This document shows positions 10,192 through 19,853 of a stretch of DNA of 64,000 nucleotides, in pieces. This DNA comes from an uncultured delta proteobacterium (GTDB taxonomy: Bacteria > Desulfobacterota > Binatia > UBA9968): NCBI GenBank assembly GCA_963847445.1, contig CAWJZV010000009.1, positions 64,001 through 128,000 on the forward strand, given 5' to 3'. The notes below the pieces were generated by a model. The model did not search any database. It was not told where the DNA came from and saw only the letters and a list, made by a program, of their open reading frames with translations. A program made the position numbers and the translations under genes. How positions within the stretch are numbered: position 1 is the first letter of the stretch; each line of letters begins with the position of its first letter.

Positions 10192-12825
10192 ATGGAACCC
10201 CTCGCCGATACCATACTTGGCGTAACGATCTTCTCCGGCCTCTCGCGCGAGGATGTCGCCAAGATCCTCGGCAAACTGGAGGAGTGCAGTTTTACCGCGG
10301 GCGAGACGATAATTCGCCAGGGCGATCAAGGCGATGCGTTTTATTTGATTCAGACCGGCGCGGTGCAGGTGGTGGTCGACAGCGGCGCCGGCAATTCCGA
10401 GATCATCGCGATTTTAGGGCCCCGGGACTGGGTCGGCGAGATGGCCTTGTTCTCGGGCGAGCCGCGCTCGGCGACCATTGTCGCGGTCAAAGACTCCACC
10501 CTATGGCGCCTGAGCCGGCAAGAGTGGGATGACTTGATTGAGAAACATCCGACCTTGCTGTTGCAATGCTGCGCCACCCTGAGCAAGCGCTTGTCCTTTG
10601 CCGACCGGCAGTACTCCAGCGGGCGCGAAGCGTTTAATTCCTTAGCCGAAGAGTTCTACGCCGGCAGATCGCCGCGCCAGCAACAGTTCCTCCGTCACGC
10701 TGCGCTGTTGAGCGCCATAGAGGGTGCCACCATCGAGCAGCTCTTTCAATCGAAAGCGGCAAGCCGCGTGCATGCCGACTTGAGCAAGAGCCAGTCGCCG
10801 CTGGTGCGCCATCACGGCGACGACCGGGTCACATTTCACAGTTTCTTCAAAGACTTCTTGCACGACAAGCTGCTCGCCATCGACGGCAGTGAAATTAAGC
10901 AGCAACTGCACGGCAACTTCGCCAAACGCTACGCCGCCATCGGCGACTGGCAACAGGCGATTCATCATGCTACCGAGGTGCCGGACTGGCCCGAGGTGAT
11001 CAAGCTCGTCAAAGCCCAGAGTAAAGAAACCCTCACCGCGGCAGCGCAATTCGTTAAAAACACTTTTGAGCGCCTGCCGCGCGAGTATTTCATCGCCGAC
11101 ACCGCCCTGGTCAATTTGAAGAGCGATATCTTGGTCCAGCTGGGCGATTTGCCCGGCGCATTGCGCGCCTATCAGGAAGTCTTGGCGCAACGCGCCGCCG
11201 CCGGCGAGGCGGTCGCCAGCTACCGCCGCATGGCCGAAACCTTGGCGCGGCGCAAAGAGTATGGCCAGGCGATCGGCCAACTGCGCAGCGCTCTGAGCTT
11301 GATCGAGCGCGACATGACGCTACCGGAGCACTACAGCGACATGGCGCCCGAGCTGGTGTCGTTTAACGGCGAGCGCAGCGGCGAGGACACGCCGCGCCGC
11401 TGGCGCTTATCGGCCGCGGCATTAAAGTCGGCGCCCTTGAGCAAATGGTTCGGCGCCTTGTTGGGCCTCGCTGTCGGCGGCTATCTCTGGTTTGCCACAC
11501 CGGACATCGGCTTGGAGCCCTCCGGCACGAAGCTGTTGGGACTCATCTCGCTGACCCTGATCTTTTGGGTCTTTCGCACCTTGCCGGACTACGGCGTCGC
11601 GCTGGTCTTCGCCATGACCGTCATCCTGACCAAACTTGAGTCGGCACCGACGGTGATGGGCGGCTTCGCCAGCACGACTTGGTTCATGACCCTCGGCGTC
11701 TTGGGACTGGGCGCGGCGATCACCGGCTGCGGTCTATTTTACCGGCTATCGCTCCATCTGGTCCGGCTCTTCCCGCTGAGTTTTCACTGGCAGATCATCG
11801 CCACCGGCATCATGGGGGTGGTGGTCATGGCGCTGATCCCGCAGCAGACCGCGCGCACCGTGATCACCAGTCAAATGCTCATCAATCTGTCCGAAAGTCT
11901 CGGCTACAAAACGCCGTCGAAGGCATCCACCGGACTTTTCGTCGCGAGCTTTCTCGGCCTGGGCCAACTGGGATTTTTATTTTTGACCGGCTCCACCACC
12001 AGCTTGATTGCCTGGGGCTTGTTGCCGCCGGATGTGCGCGAGCAATTCACTTGGGGCTATTGGTTTTTGGCCGCGCTGCCGCCAACGTTGGTCGTAATCG
12101 TCATCATCTTGGCGGTGGCGGTTTTTCTTTATCGCCCGGAAACCCATTCGAATATTTCTTATAAGATGGTGCAGACCCAGCTCGATATCTTGGGCCGCAT
12201 GTCGCACAAGGAATGGATCAGTCTCGTCGTGCTGCTGCTCACCGTCGTCGGCTGGTTGACCGCGCCCTACCATGGCATCGACGGCGCTTGGATCGCCATC
12301 ATCGCCTTCTCGGTGCTGGTCAACACCGCGATCCTCGATTGGGGCATGATGCGCAAAGGCATCGACTGGGAATTGCTAATCCACATGGGCGTAACCCTAA
12401 GTCTGCCGACGTTGATGAAACAGGCCAAGATCGACGTCTGGCTGGTCGACGTGATCTCGCCGCTAATTCTGCCGTTCATGGACAGTCCGGTATGGTTTTT
12501 CGTCGTCATCGCGCTGCTGACCTATGTCTTGAAACTGGTCTTTACCAGCTTCTTGGCCGTGGTCACGCTCTGTGTCGCGCTCCTGCCGCTGTCCATCGAT
12601 GTCGGCATGAACCCATGGATCATCGCCATGATGATTCTGATCGCTTCGGAAGTATGGTTTTTCCCCTATCAAGTCGACTGGCATATGCTCGCCCATTCCA
12701 CCACCGACGGCAAAGGTTTTTCCTATCCGCTCATGTGCCGGATCAATCCGGTTTACGCTATCGCCTACATCATCGCGCTGCTGGTGGCGATCCCCTACTG
12801 GCGTTTCTTGGGCTTGATGAATTAA
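10192..12825 (+). CDS. Fusion: cNMP-binding domain + MalT-like winged-helix/TPR region + DASS (SLC13) permease
   Basis: IIRQGDQGDAFYLI...GEMALFSGEPRSATIVA (cNMP); TFHSFFKDFL...LHGNFAKRY...DWQQAIHHA (MalT-like); multi-TM C-terminus with GFASTTW, IPQQTART, FLTGS, IDWELLI, FFPYQ. Confidence 0.82.
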   Translation: MEPLADTILGVTIFSGLSREDVAKILGKLEECSFTAGETIIRQGDQGDAFYLIQTGAVQVVVDSGAGNSEIIAILGPRDWVGEMALFSGEPRSATIVAVKDSTLWRLSRQEWDDLIEKHPTLLLQCCATLSKRLSFADRQYSSGREAFNSLAEEFYAGRSPRQQQFLRHAALLSAIEGATIEQLFQSKAASRVHADLSKSQSPLVRHHGDDRVTFHSFFKDFLHDKLLAIDGSEIKQQLHGNFAKRYAAIGDWQQAIHHATEVPDWPEVIKLVKAQSKETLTAAAQFVKNTFERLPREYFIADTALVNLKSDILVQLGDLPGALRAYQEVLAQRAAAGEAVASYRRMAETLARRKEYGQAIGQLRSALSLIERDMTLPEHYSDMAPELVSFNGERSGEDTPRRWRLSAAALKSAPLSKWFGALLGLAVGGYLWFATPDIGLEPSGTKLLGLISLTLIFWVFRTLPDYGVALVFAMTVILTKLESAPTVMGGFASTTWFMTLGVLGLGAAITGCGLFYRLSLHLVRLFPLSFHWQIIATGIMGVVVMALIPQQTARTVITSQMLINLSESLGYKTPSKASTGLFVASFLGLGQLGFLFLTGSTTSLIAWGLLPPDVREQFTWGYWFLAALPPTLVVIVIILAVAVFLYRPETHSNISYKMVQTQLDILGRMSHKEWISLVVLLLTVVGWLTAPYHGIDGAWIAIIAFSVLVNTAILDWGMMRKGIDWELLIHMGVTLSLPTLMKQAKIDVWLVDVISPLILPFMDSPVWFFVVIALLTYVLKLVFTSFLAVVTLCVALLPLSIDVGMNPWIIAMMILIASEVWFFPYQVDWHMLAHSTTDGKGFSYPLMCRINPVYAIAYIIALLVAIPYWRFLGLMN

Positions 12826-12834
12826 CAAGAAGCC

Positions 12835-14179
12835 GTGGCTGGTAAAATTCTCATCGTCGACGACGAACCGTTCAATCTCGACCTGCTCGAACAGGAATTG
12901 GCCGAGTTGGGCTATGCGACGGAACGGGCGAGCAACGGCGCTCAAGCCTTGCAAAAAATCGCTCGGGCCAATCCCGCTCTCGTCCTGCTCGATTATCAGA
13001 TGCCCGACATGAACGGCATCGAAGTGCTGCGCAACGTGCGTCAGACCGACCTGGATCTGCCGATCGTTTTGATCACCGCCCATGGCAGCATCGAGCGCGC
13101 CGTCGAAGCGGTCAAAGCCGGCGCCGACGATTTCATCACCAAGCCGTTTGACCCGGAGCATCTCGCCGTGGTCGTCAAGAAAGCCCTCGAGCGCGCCCAG
13201 CTCAAACAAGATGTTGAGTTCTTCGCCCAGGAGCTCGGCGGCCGCAATCACCTGGTGGCGGGCAACAGCGAGGCCATGCGCGGCATCATCGACGAGGCTA
13301 AGAAAGCCGCGGCGAGTAAATCGACGATACTGCTGCTCGGCGAGAGCGGCACGGGCAAGGAACTGTTCGCCCGCTCGATGCACGACTGGAGCGAGCGCCG
13401 GTTGAAACCGTTTGTCGCCATCAACTGCGCCGGGCTGGCTAAAGAACTCCTCGAAAGCGAACTGTTCGGCCATGAAAAAGGCGCCTTCACCGGCGCCCAT
13501 CAGTTGAAGAAAGGCAAACTGGAGCTCGCCCATGGCGGCACGGTGTTTCTCGACGAGATCGGCGATCTGGCCTTGGAACTGCAAACCAAACTGCTGCGCG
13601 TCTTGCAGGAACGCGAGTTCGAGCGCGTCGGCGGCACGAGCAAGATTACCGCCGACCTGCGCATCATCGCCGCCACCAATCGCGACCTCGAAGCCGCGGT
13701 GGTGTGCCGGCGCTTTTCGCGCCGATCTTTATCATCGGTTGAACGTCATCGCCGTGACGCTGCCGCCGCTGCGCGAGCGCAAAGAAGACATCCCAGCGCT
13801 GGCGAATTATTTCTTGCAACGTTGCGCCGCCGATACCAAGAAGAAATTTTCCACCATCGCCGCTGACGCCACGGATAAACTCCTGGCTTATAGCTGGCCA
13901 GGCAATGTCCGCGAGCTCGCCAACGTCATCGAACGCGCCGTCGTCTTAGGCGACGGACCGCAATTAACATTGCACCACCTCCCCGCCCGCGTCATCGGCG
14001 CGCAACCGCCCGGCGGTGCGAAAGAGGTGTCATTCCACGACGCCATCAACAGCTACCGCCGCGAGCTCATCGTCCGCGCCCTCGCCGCCGCCCAAGGCAA
14101 CCGCGCCAACGCCGCCAAAGCTCTGGGCATGCACCGCACCCATTTGATGAAGCTGTTGAAGGCGCTGCAAATCACTTGA
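12835..14179 (+). CDS. Sigma-54-dependent response regulator (NtrC family; frameshift near 13705)
   Basis: REC domain, [47 protein letters not shown], Fis-type HTH. Confidence 0.93.
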
Positions 14180-14183
14180 AAAC

Positions 14184-14268
14184 AGTCAGGAGTAAATAGT
14201 TAGTAGTAAGGAGATTCGGATTCCGGACTCCTCACTACTTACGCCTTACTTCCCTTTACTCCTTACTG
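14184..14268. repeat. Heptamer-repeat hairpin element (AGTAAGG / CCTTACT), cargo-less copy
   Basis: AGTCAGG AGTAAAT AGTTAGT AGTAAGG ... CTACTTA CGCCTTA ... CTCCTTA CTG. Confidence 0.75.
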
Positions 14269-14281
14269 CCGTCCGCGGCCA

Positions 14282-14434
14282 GGTGTCGCATTTTTGCTAC
14301 ACCGAGTAGCAAAACGACTACTCGGCAACGGCTCGCAGAGCTTTCCCAACGCTCGACTCAATTGCAAAATCTCCCAACTCTTTCAATAAGTTAGATAGAC
14401 TCTACCGATGCCTCAACCCTGGTACACCGCTTGC
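14282..14434 (+). promoter_or_regulatory. Sigma-54 promoter with tandem enhancer palindromes and IHF-like site
   Basis: TGGTAC-ACCGC-TTGC (14420-14434, GG-N10-GC); palindromes at 14282-14303 and 14302-14325; TTTCAATAAGTTA at 14381-14393. Confidence 0.8.
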
Positions 14435-14550
14435 GCTAGAGAAGCTCGGAAGTTCTCTGTGCTGTTTGTGTCCGCTGTTCGCCATCGTTCGCCAATATTT
14501 TGGTTGCTCGCCGCGCCGATGCAGCCCTGCCGGAAGGTTGCCGAAAATTT

Positions 14551-15525
14551 ATGATTGCAAAATTGACCGTTGTCATTGCCATTTGGATGGTCCTGCTTGT
14601 TTCGCCCGCCGCCGCTCAGCAGTCCAACAAACATGCACGGATTGGATTCCTGACCGCCGGTGGGTCCACAATCCCGCCGGCGTTCGTGCAAAAGCTCCGC
14701 GATCTTGGTTATGTCGAAGGCAACAACATCGCCTTTGAAATCCAGATGAGGCGCAGCCCGAACAGCGACTGGTCCGAACCCGTAGCTCAACTCATCAAAC
14801 TGAAAGTCGACATCATCGTCGCCGATGGTTCCGGCCCGGCGACCGCCGCCATGAAAGCGACGAAAACGATTCCCATCGTCATGACCAGCAGTACCGACCC
14901 GGTCGGCATCGGCCTGGTCGCCAGCTTGGCTCAGCCCGGCGGCAACGTCACCGGCCTGTCGAGCGTCAGCGGCGAGTTGGGCGGCAAGCTTTTGGATATC
15001 TTGAAAGAAATCATGCCGCGTCTCAGCCGCGTCGTGATCCCCGGACCAGCGCCGGGGAGCCCGACTCAGGATTTGTTCATGAAGGAAACCATGGCGCCAG
15101 CCCGGGCGTTGAAGGTGGAACTCATTCGAGTCGCCGTGCGCGGACCGGAAGATTACGATCAAGTCTTTCAAACCGCGGCCAAAAGAAAAGCCCAGGCGCT
15201 GGTGGTGCGCATCCCGCCGACTATTGCGCCGGCGCAGCGCCAACAGTTCGTCGAACTGGCGATAAAGCATCGCTTGCCCGCGATCTATCAGGCAACCAAC
15301 TGGGTCGATGCCGGCGGCCTGCTCTCCTACGGCGCCGACCGTAACTACCAGTTCCAACGCACGGCCATCTATGTCGATAAAATTTTGAAAGGCGCCAAGC
15401 CGGCGGAGTTGCCGGTCGAGCAACCCATGAAGTTCGAATTTGTGATAAATCTGAAAGCCGCCAAGCAGATCGGCCTGACGATCCCGCCGAATGTGCTGGT
15501 GCGGGCGGATCGGGTGATTCGATAG
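14551..15525 (+). CDS. ABC_sub_bind-type substrate-binding protein (orphan)
   Basis: AQQSNKHARIGFL, DPVGIGLVASLAQPGGNVTG, ILKGAKPAELPVEQPMKFEFVINLKAAKQIGLTIPPNVLVRADRVIR. Confidence 0.88.
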   Translation: MIAKLTVVIAIWMVLLVSPAAAQQSNKHARIGFLTAGGSTIPPAFVQKLRDLGYVEGNNIAFEIQMRRSPNSDWSEPVAQLIKLKVDIIVADGSGPATAAMKATKTIPIVMTSSTDPVGIGLVASLAQPGGNVTGLSSVSGELGGKLLDILKEIMPRLSRVVIPGPAPGSPTQDLFMKETMAPARALKVELIRVAVRGPEDYDQVFQTAAKRKAQALVVRIPPTIAPAQRQQFVELAIKHRLPAIYQATNWVDAGGLLSYGADRNYQFQRTAIYVDKILKGAKPAELPVEQPMKFEFVINLKAAKQIGLTIPPNVLVRADRVIR

Positions 15526-15570
15526 ACGTAACCAATGAGTCTGGGCCAGGCGATCAGGACTCGTAGATTA

Positions 15571-15957
15571 TCAGAGCGGGTAAATCGGAAACCGCAGCGC
15601 GCGGGCGGCGGCGATCATGCGGTCGTCGTAGCTTGCCAGGGCAACGTTTTGTCCTTGTTTGTGCAGAAAATCGAGCGCCGCCAAGTGGAGAACGTCGAGA
15701 GTTCTGACCGAAATCGGAAACGGCTCCAGGGCGCGGGTCAATACGGGCGGGGCGAGTTCGACCAAGGCGACGCGCCCCAGCAACGAGCGCACTTCGTCAG
15801 CGTGAGATCGCCCGAGTCTACGCGAATTGATACGCGTCCAGATTTCGTATTCAAGGAGCCGACTGGAGATCAAGTGCTCGTTCCAAAGACTTTCCGGCGG
15901 CGAGCGATCTTCGGCGAGGAGATGCGCCAACGCTACCGAGGTATCTAGATAAATCAC
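15571..15957 (-). CDS. vapC: PIN-domain (VapC-like) toxin
   Basis: MIYLDTS, RTLDVLHLAA, ASYDDRM acidic motifs. Overlaps the antitoxin by 4 nt. Confidence 0.88.
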   Translation of the reverse strand: MIYLDTSVALAHLLAEDRSPPESLWNEHLISSRLLEYEIWTRINSRRLGRSHADEVRSLLGRVALVELAPPVLTRALEPFPISVRTLDVLHLAALDFLHKQGQNVALASYDDRMIAAARALRFPIYPL

Positions 15958-16244
15958 CGCTCGCTCCGGTCGTCGTCCAGTTCACCTTTGAGCTCGCTGA
16001 AGGGCATCACCGGATTGCGCGGCGGCACACCCTTCGACGACAACGCCGGCGGCATAATCCAACCCTGGCGCACAGCCTCGGCCAACATCGCGTCGGCAAG
16101 CACCGGGCTCCGGCTCGGCTCCGGCGGCACGATCTCGGCAACCACCCGATCGCGATCCGTCACCAGAATCGTTTCGCCGCGCTCGGCCAAGCGCACGTAC
16201 TCGCTGAGCTTGTTCTTCAGAACTTTTAAACCCACAGATCTCAT
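15954..16244 (-). CDS. Phd/YefM family antitoxin
   Basis: VGLKVLKNKLSEYVRLAERGETILVTDRDRVVAEIVP. Confidence 0.88.
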   Translation of the reverse strand: MRSVGLKVLKNKLSEYVRLAERGETILVTDRDRVVAEIVPPEPSRSPVLADAMLAEAVRQGWIMPPALSSKGVPPRNPVMPFSELKGELDDDRSER

Positions 16245-16251
16245 GCGAAAT

Positions 16252-16281
16252 AGTGTAGCTTCTGGTAGCTACCTACGTCAA
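16252..16281 (-). promoter_or_regulatory. Sigma-70 promoter and operator of the TA operon
   Basis: TTGACG-18-TACACT, 7 nt before the ATG. Perfect palindrome GGTAGCTACC (16264-16273) in the spacer. Confidence 0.65.
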
Positions 16282-16309
16282 GACGAGGGATAGAGCCGGA
16301 CCAGATGAG

Positions 16310-16492
16310 AAATGGCGAGGTTGGATGGCAACGGCGCCGGTATCGAGCAAAAGCTCATCTTCCACGGGTATCGAGATACTGTTCCAACGCTGCGCGCACG
16401 ACTTCCGAGTGCTGGCGCGTCAAACGCCGCGCCGAACGCTCGAGCCGGGTAGCCAATTCAACCGGCAATCGCAGGGTGAGTTGACGTTCCAT
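16310..16492 (-). pseudogene. Degenerate second TA module: RHH/CopG antitoxin (16355-16492, 45 aa) plus PIN N-terminal remnant
   Basis: MERQLTLRLPVELATRLERSARRLTRQHSEVVRAALEQYL; overlapping GTG frame VEDELLLDTGAV. Not in the ORF track. Confidence 0.65.
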
Positions 16493-16770
16493 ATGATTTC
16501 GTCTCAGTTTGCATAGCCGTGTAGTGCAATTGACCCATTACAGTCCAGTTTCGGTCGCGCCGGTGGATCCGGTCGCAAGCAAAGGTGTTTTAGCTTGCCC
16601 AGGATGCTGCGTAGCAGATCATCGCTTGGGCCGAATTCGAGTCACCAATGGGTTTTCTTCGCGGCCAAGGTCAGGTACTTATGAGACACTTCAAATCCTC
16701 GGGGTGAGCCTTGCTGCACAACCGCCGATCCCATGAACCAAGCCGCTAACTCCGAAAGCGTGAGCCCACG

Positions 16771-19182
16771 ATGAGCTTTAGAGACTTGCCAATCATTCGC
16801 TACTTCGCCGGGCGCGGCCGCGGCCGGCTGATGCGCGATTACTTTTTGATCTCCGTCCTGCTGGTCGGCAGCGGGCTGATCACCAGCGGCGCCATCGAGA
16901 TCTACTATCGCTATCTCGAAAGCCAAGAGACCTTGGCGCTGTTGCAGCGCGAGGTCGCCGCCGGCGCGGCGTTCAAGATCGAGAACTTCGTCCAGGATAT
17001 TCACAGCACGCTGCGCGGCGCGACGCGCAGCCGGGAGATCGCGCCCAAGGGGCTGACCAACGATTTTCGTTTCGAGCTGGAAAAACTGTTGTTGATCGCG
17101 CCGTCGATCACCGAGGCGATCGCGCTCAATCAAGAAGGCGGCATCCAAGTCCAAGCGTCGCGCCTGCGCACGGTGCTGCCCGACGTCAAGCGCGACTTCG
17201 CCACCGGGGCGCCGTTTCTCCACGCCAAGAAGGGGCAATCTTACTTCGGCCCGGCCTACTTCGTGCGCGGCTCCGAACCCTACATGACCATCGCCGTGCC
17301 GATCGAGCGCTTCGCCGGCGACGTCATCGGCGTGCTCCAGGCCGAGGTCAATCTCAAATACATCGGCGACGTGGTGACGAATCTAAAAATCGGCAAGGCC
17401 GGCTACTCCTACGTCATCAGCCGCGGCGGCGAGCTCATCGCCCATCCCGATATCAGTTTGGTCCTGCAGCGGCGCAACGTGTTGAAATTGGAATCGACCA
17501 AAGCCGCCTTCATGCCGGCCGCCGAACGGCCCAAGCGCCAAGCGCTGGTCACCCCCAACGTCCAAGGTAAAAATGTCTTGACCGCATCGGCGCAGGTCAC
17601 CGGGCTCGAATGGGCGGTCATCGTCGACCGCCCGGTGGAAGAAGCCTACGAACCGCTCTACGCGTCGGTCATGCGTACCTCCACGGTGCTGCTGTTCGGA
17701 CTCGGTCTGGCGCTCATGGCGAGTCTATTCATCGGCCGCCGGGTGGTCCGGCCGGTGGGCATCCTGCGCGAGGGCGTCGAGCGCATCGGCGCCGGCGATT
17801 TGGGTCATCGATTAACGCTCAAAACCGGCGACGAGATCGAAGTCCTGGCCGACGAGTTCAATAAAATGACCGCGCAGCTCCAGGAGTCGTACACCAACTT
17901 GGAGCAAAAGGTCGAAGACCGCACCAAGGAATTGACCGAATCGCTGGCGCAGCAAACCGCGACCAGCGAGATCTTGGGCGTCATCGCCAGCTCGCCGAGC
18001 GATTTGCAGCCGGTCTACCAAACCATTCTCGGTAATATCAATCGCTTGTGCGAAGCCAACATCGCGGCGTTGTTTCTCTACGATGGCGAAACTCTCGCCC
18101 TCGCCAACAGCCAGGGCACCACCAGCGAGTTCGCCGACCACCTGCACAGCAGCCGGCCGCGCCCGAGCCACGCCACGACCACGCGACTGGCCGCGCTGGA
18201 GCATCGCGTGGTGCACGTCACCGATCTGCTCAACGATCCCGCCTTCGCGCCCAGCCCCCGCGAAGTTTACGAAAGAGAAAATATCCGCACCGTCATCTCC
18301 ATGCCGCTGATGCGTGAAAACACCCTGGTCGGCGTGATCACGACCTGGCGGCGCGAGGCCCGGCCGTTTACCGACAAGCAGATCGCTCTGCTCAAAACCT
18401 TCGCCGACCAGGCCGTGATCGCGATTGAGAATGTCCGCCTATTCCGCGAGCTGGGCGAGAAGAACGCCCTGCTCGAAGCCGCCAGTAAACATAAATCGCA
18501 GTTCCTCGCCAACGTCAGCCACGAGCTGCGCACGCCTTTGAATTCGATCATTGGTTTCACCCGTATTGTGCTGCGCCGCACCGAGGGCAAGATCGACCAA
18601 TTGCAAAAAGAAAACTTGCAGAAAGTGTTGGTCAGCTCCGAGCATCTGCTTAGTCTGATCAACGAGCTGCTCGATCTCGCCAAGATCGAAGCCGGGCGCA
18701 TGGATGTGTACTCGGAGCCCTTCAAGCTCGAAGAAGTGCTGCGCATCGCCACCGCCACCGTCGAGCCCATGCTCAAAAACGGCAACGTCAAGCTGGTCAC
18801 CGAAATGCCGCCCGACCTGCCGCCGCTCAAATCCGACCGCGACAAGCTGAAGCAGATCGTTTTGAATCTGCTCAGCAACTCGGCCAAGTTCACGGACAAG
18901 GGCGAGATCAAAGTCGCCGCCGTGCGCGACGACGGCATGCTCCGGCTGACGGTCTCCGACACCGGCATCGGCATGAACCCGGAAGCCTTGAAATATATCT
19001 TCGAGGAGTTTCGCCAAGTCGACATGTCGACGACGAGAAAATACGGCGGCACCGGCTTGGGCCTGGCCATCGTCAGACGTCTCGCCCAGCTCCTCGGCGG
19101 CGACATCACCGTCGCCAGCGAAGAAGGCAAAGGCTCGCAGTTCACCGTGACGATCCCGATGGAGCTAAAAATACAATCGTGA
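16771..19182 (+). CDS. Membrane sensor histidine kinase (Cache-like periplasmic, HAMP, GAF, HisKA, HATPase)
   Basis: Two TM segments, GDEIEVLADEFNKM (HAMP), LLKTFADQAVIAIENVRLF (GAF), SHELRTPLN, NLLSNSAKFT, DTGIG, GGTGLGL. Confidence 0.93.
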   Translation: MSFRDLPIIRYFAGRGRGRLMRDYFLISVLLVGSGLITSGAIEIYYRYLESQETLALLQREVAAGAAFKIENFVQDIHSTLRGATRSREIAPKGLTNDFRFELEKLLLIAPSITEAIALNQEGGIQVQASRLRTVLPDVKRDFATGAPFLHAKKGQSYFGPAYFVRGSEPYMTIAVPIERFAGDVIGVLQAEVNLKYIGDVVTNLKIGKAGYSYVISRGGELIAHPDISLVLQRRNVLKLESTKAAFMPAAERPKRQALVTPNVQGKNVLTASAQVTGLEWAVIVDRPVEEAYEPLYASVMRTSTVLLFGLGLALMASLFIGRRVVRPVGILREGVERIGAGDLGHRLTLKTGDEIEVLADEFNKMTAQLQESYTNLEQKVEDRTKELTESLAQQTATSEILGVIASSPSDLQPVYQTILGNINRLCEANIAALFLYDGETLALANSQGTTSEFADHLHSSRPRPSHATTTRLAALEHRVVHVTDLLNDPAFAPSPREVYERENIRTVISMPLMRENTLVGVITTWRREARPFTDKQIALLKTFADQAVIAIENVRLFRELGEKNALLEAASKHKSQFLANVSHELRTPLNSIIGFTRIVLRRTEGKIDQLQKENLQKVLVSSEHLLSLINELLDLAKIEAGRMDVYSEPFKLEEVLRIATATVEPMLKNGNVKLVTEMPPDLPPLKSDRDKLKQIVLNLLSNSAKFTDKGEIKVAAVRDDGMLRLTVSDTGIGMNPEALKYIFEEFRQVDMSTTRKYGGTGLGLAIVRRLAQLLGGDITVASEEGKGSQFTVTIPMELKIQS

Positions 19183-19814
19183 GGGGTTAGGAGTAAATAG
19201 TAAGGCGTGAAGAGGCAGGAGAACGAGACCAGGAGAAACATCGGAACGAGCTGCGGAGGCAAACATGGACAGGCCGGCACAAAGACTTGACATTGCTAGT
19301 GACGAAATATTCGTTGGACGTTAGTCGAATTTCGATTTTGATGTCGATTGAGGGAAACCGAGAAGATGGAGCCAAGGATGAACGAGCAGGAGTTCAAGAA
19401 ACGAACTAAGCAACTCGCGCTTCGCGTCATAGAATTGGTCGACGAGCTACCGACGCGCAGAACCGCTGACGTGCTCGGCAGGCAATTAGTTCGCTCCGGA
19501 GACTTCGGTTGGCGCGAATTATCGCTCAGCGTGCCGCGGCAAATCGCCGCGGACGTACTCGCCAAGCTGGCCATCGTCGAGGAAGAGGCCGACGAGACGA
19601 TCTACTGGCTAGAGTTGCTCGATCGAACGCGAAGATAGTTGCGAAACTCGAGTTACGGCGATTATGAAAGAATCCAACGAGATTGTCGCAATGACGGTAG
19701 CATCGATCAAAACACTGCGAGGACGAAAATGAACATCAGACTTGCGAGAAAATGCCAAGTAGCTTGCATCCGAACAGTCCGACAATCCAAAATCCAAAAT
19801 CTTACTCCTTACTG
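19179..19814. mobile_element. Putative cassette: heptamer-repeat arms enclosing a four-helix-bundle gene
   Basis: Left arm AGGAGTAAATAGT and right arm TTACTCCTTACTG are identical 13-mers to the ends of the 14184-14268 element. Confidence 0.55.
19378..19732 (+). CDS. Four helix bundle protein (23S rRNA IVP / Avd-like fold), frameshifted
   Basis: FKKRTKQLALRVI; QLVRSG-TSVGANYRSACR; LAKLAIVEEEADETIYWLELL; ESNEIVAMTVASIKTLR. Confidence 0.85.
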
Positions 19815-19853
19815 TTGATGGCTGCTTACGACGCAAATGAAAGGAATAGTCAT

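Noticed and set aside
19378-19732. Diversity-generating retroelement (Avd-like gene)
   Set aside because: No reverse transcriptase is present, and I found no template/variable repeat pair with adenine-specific mismatches.
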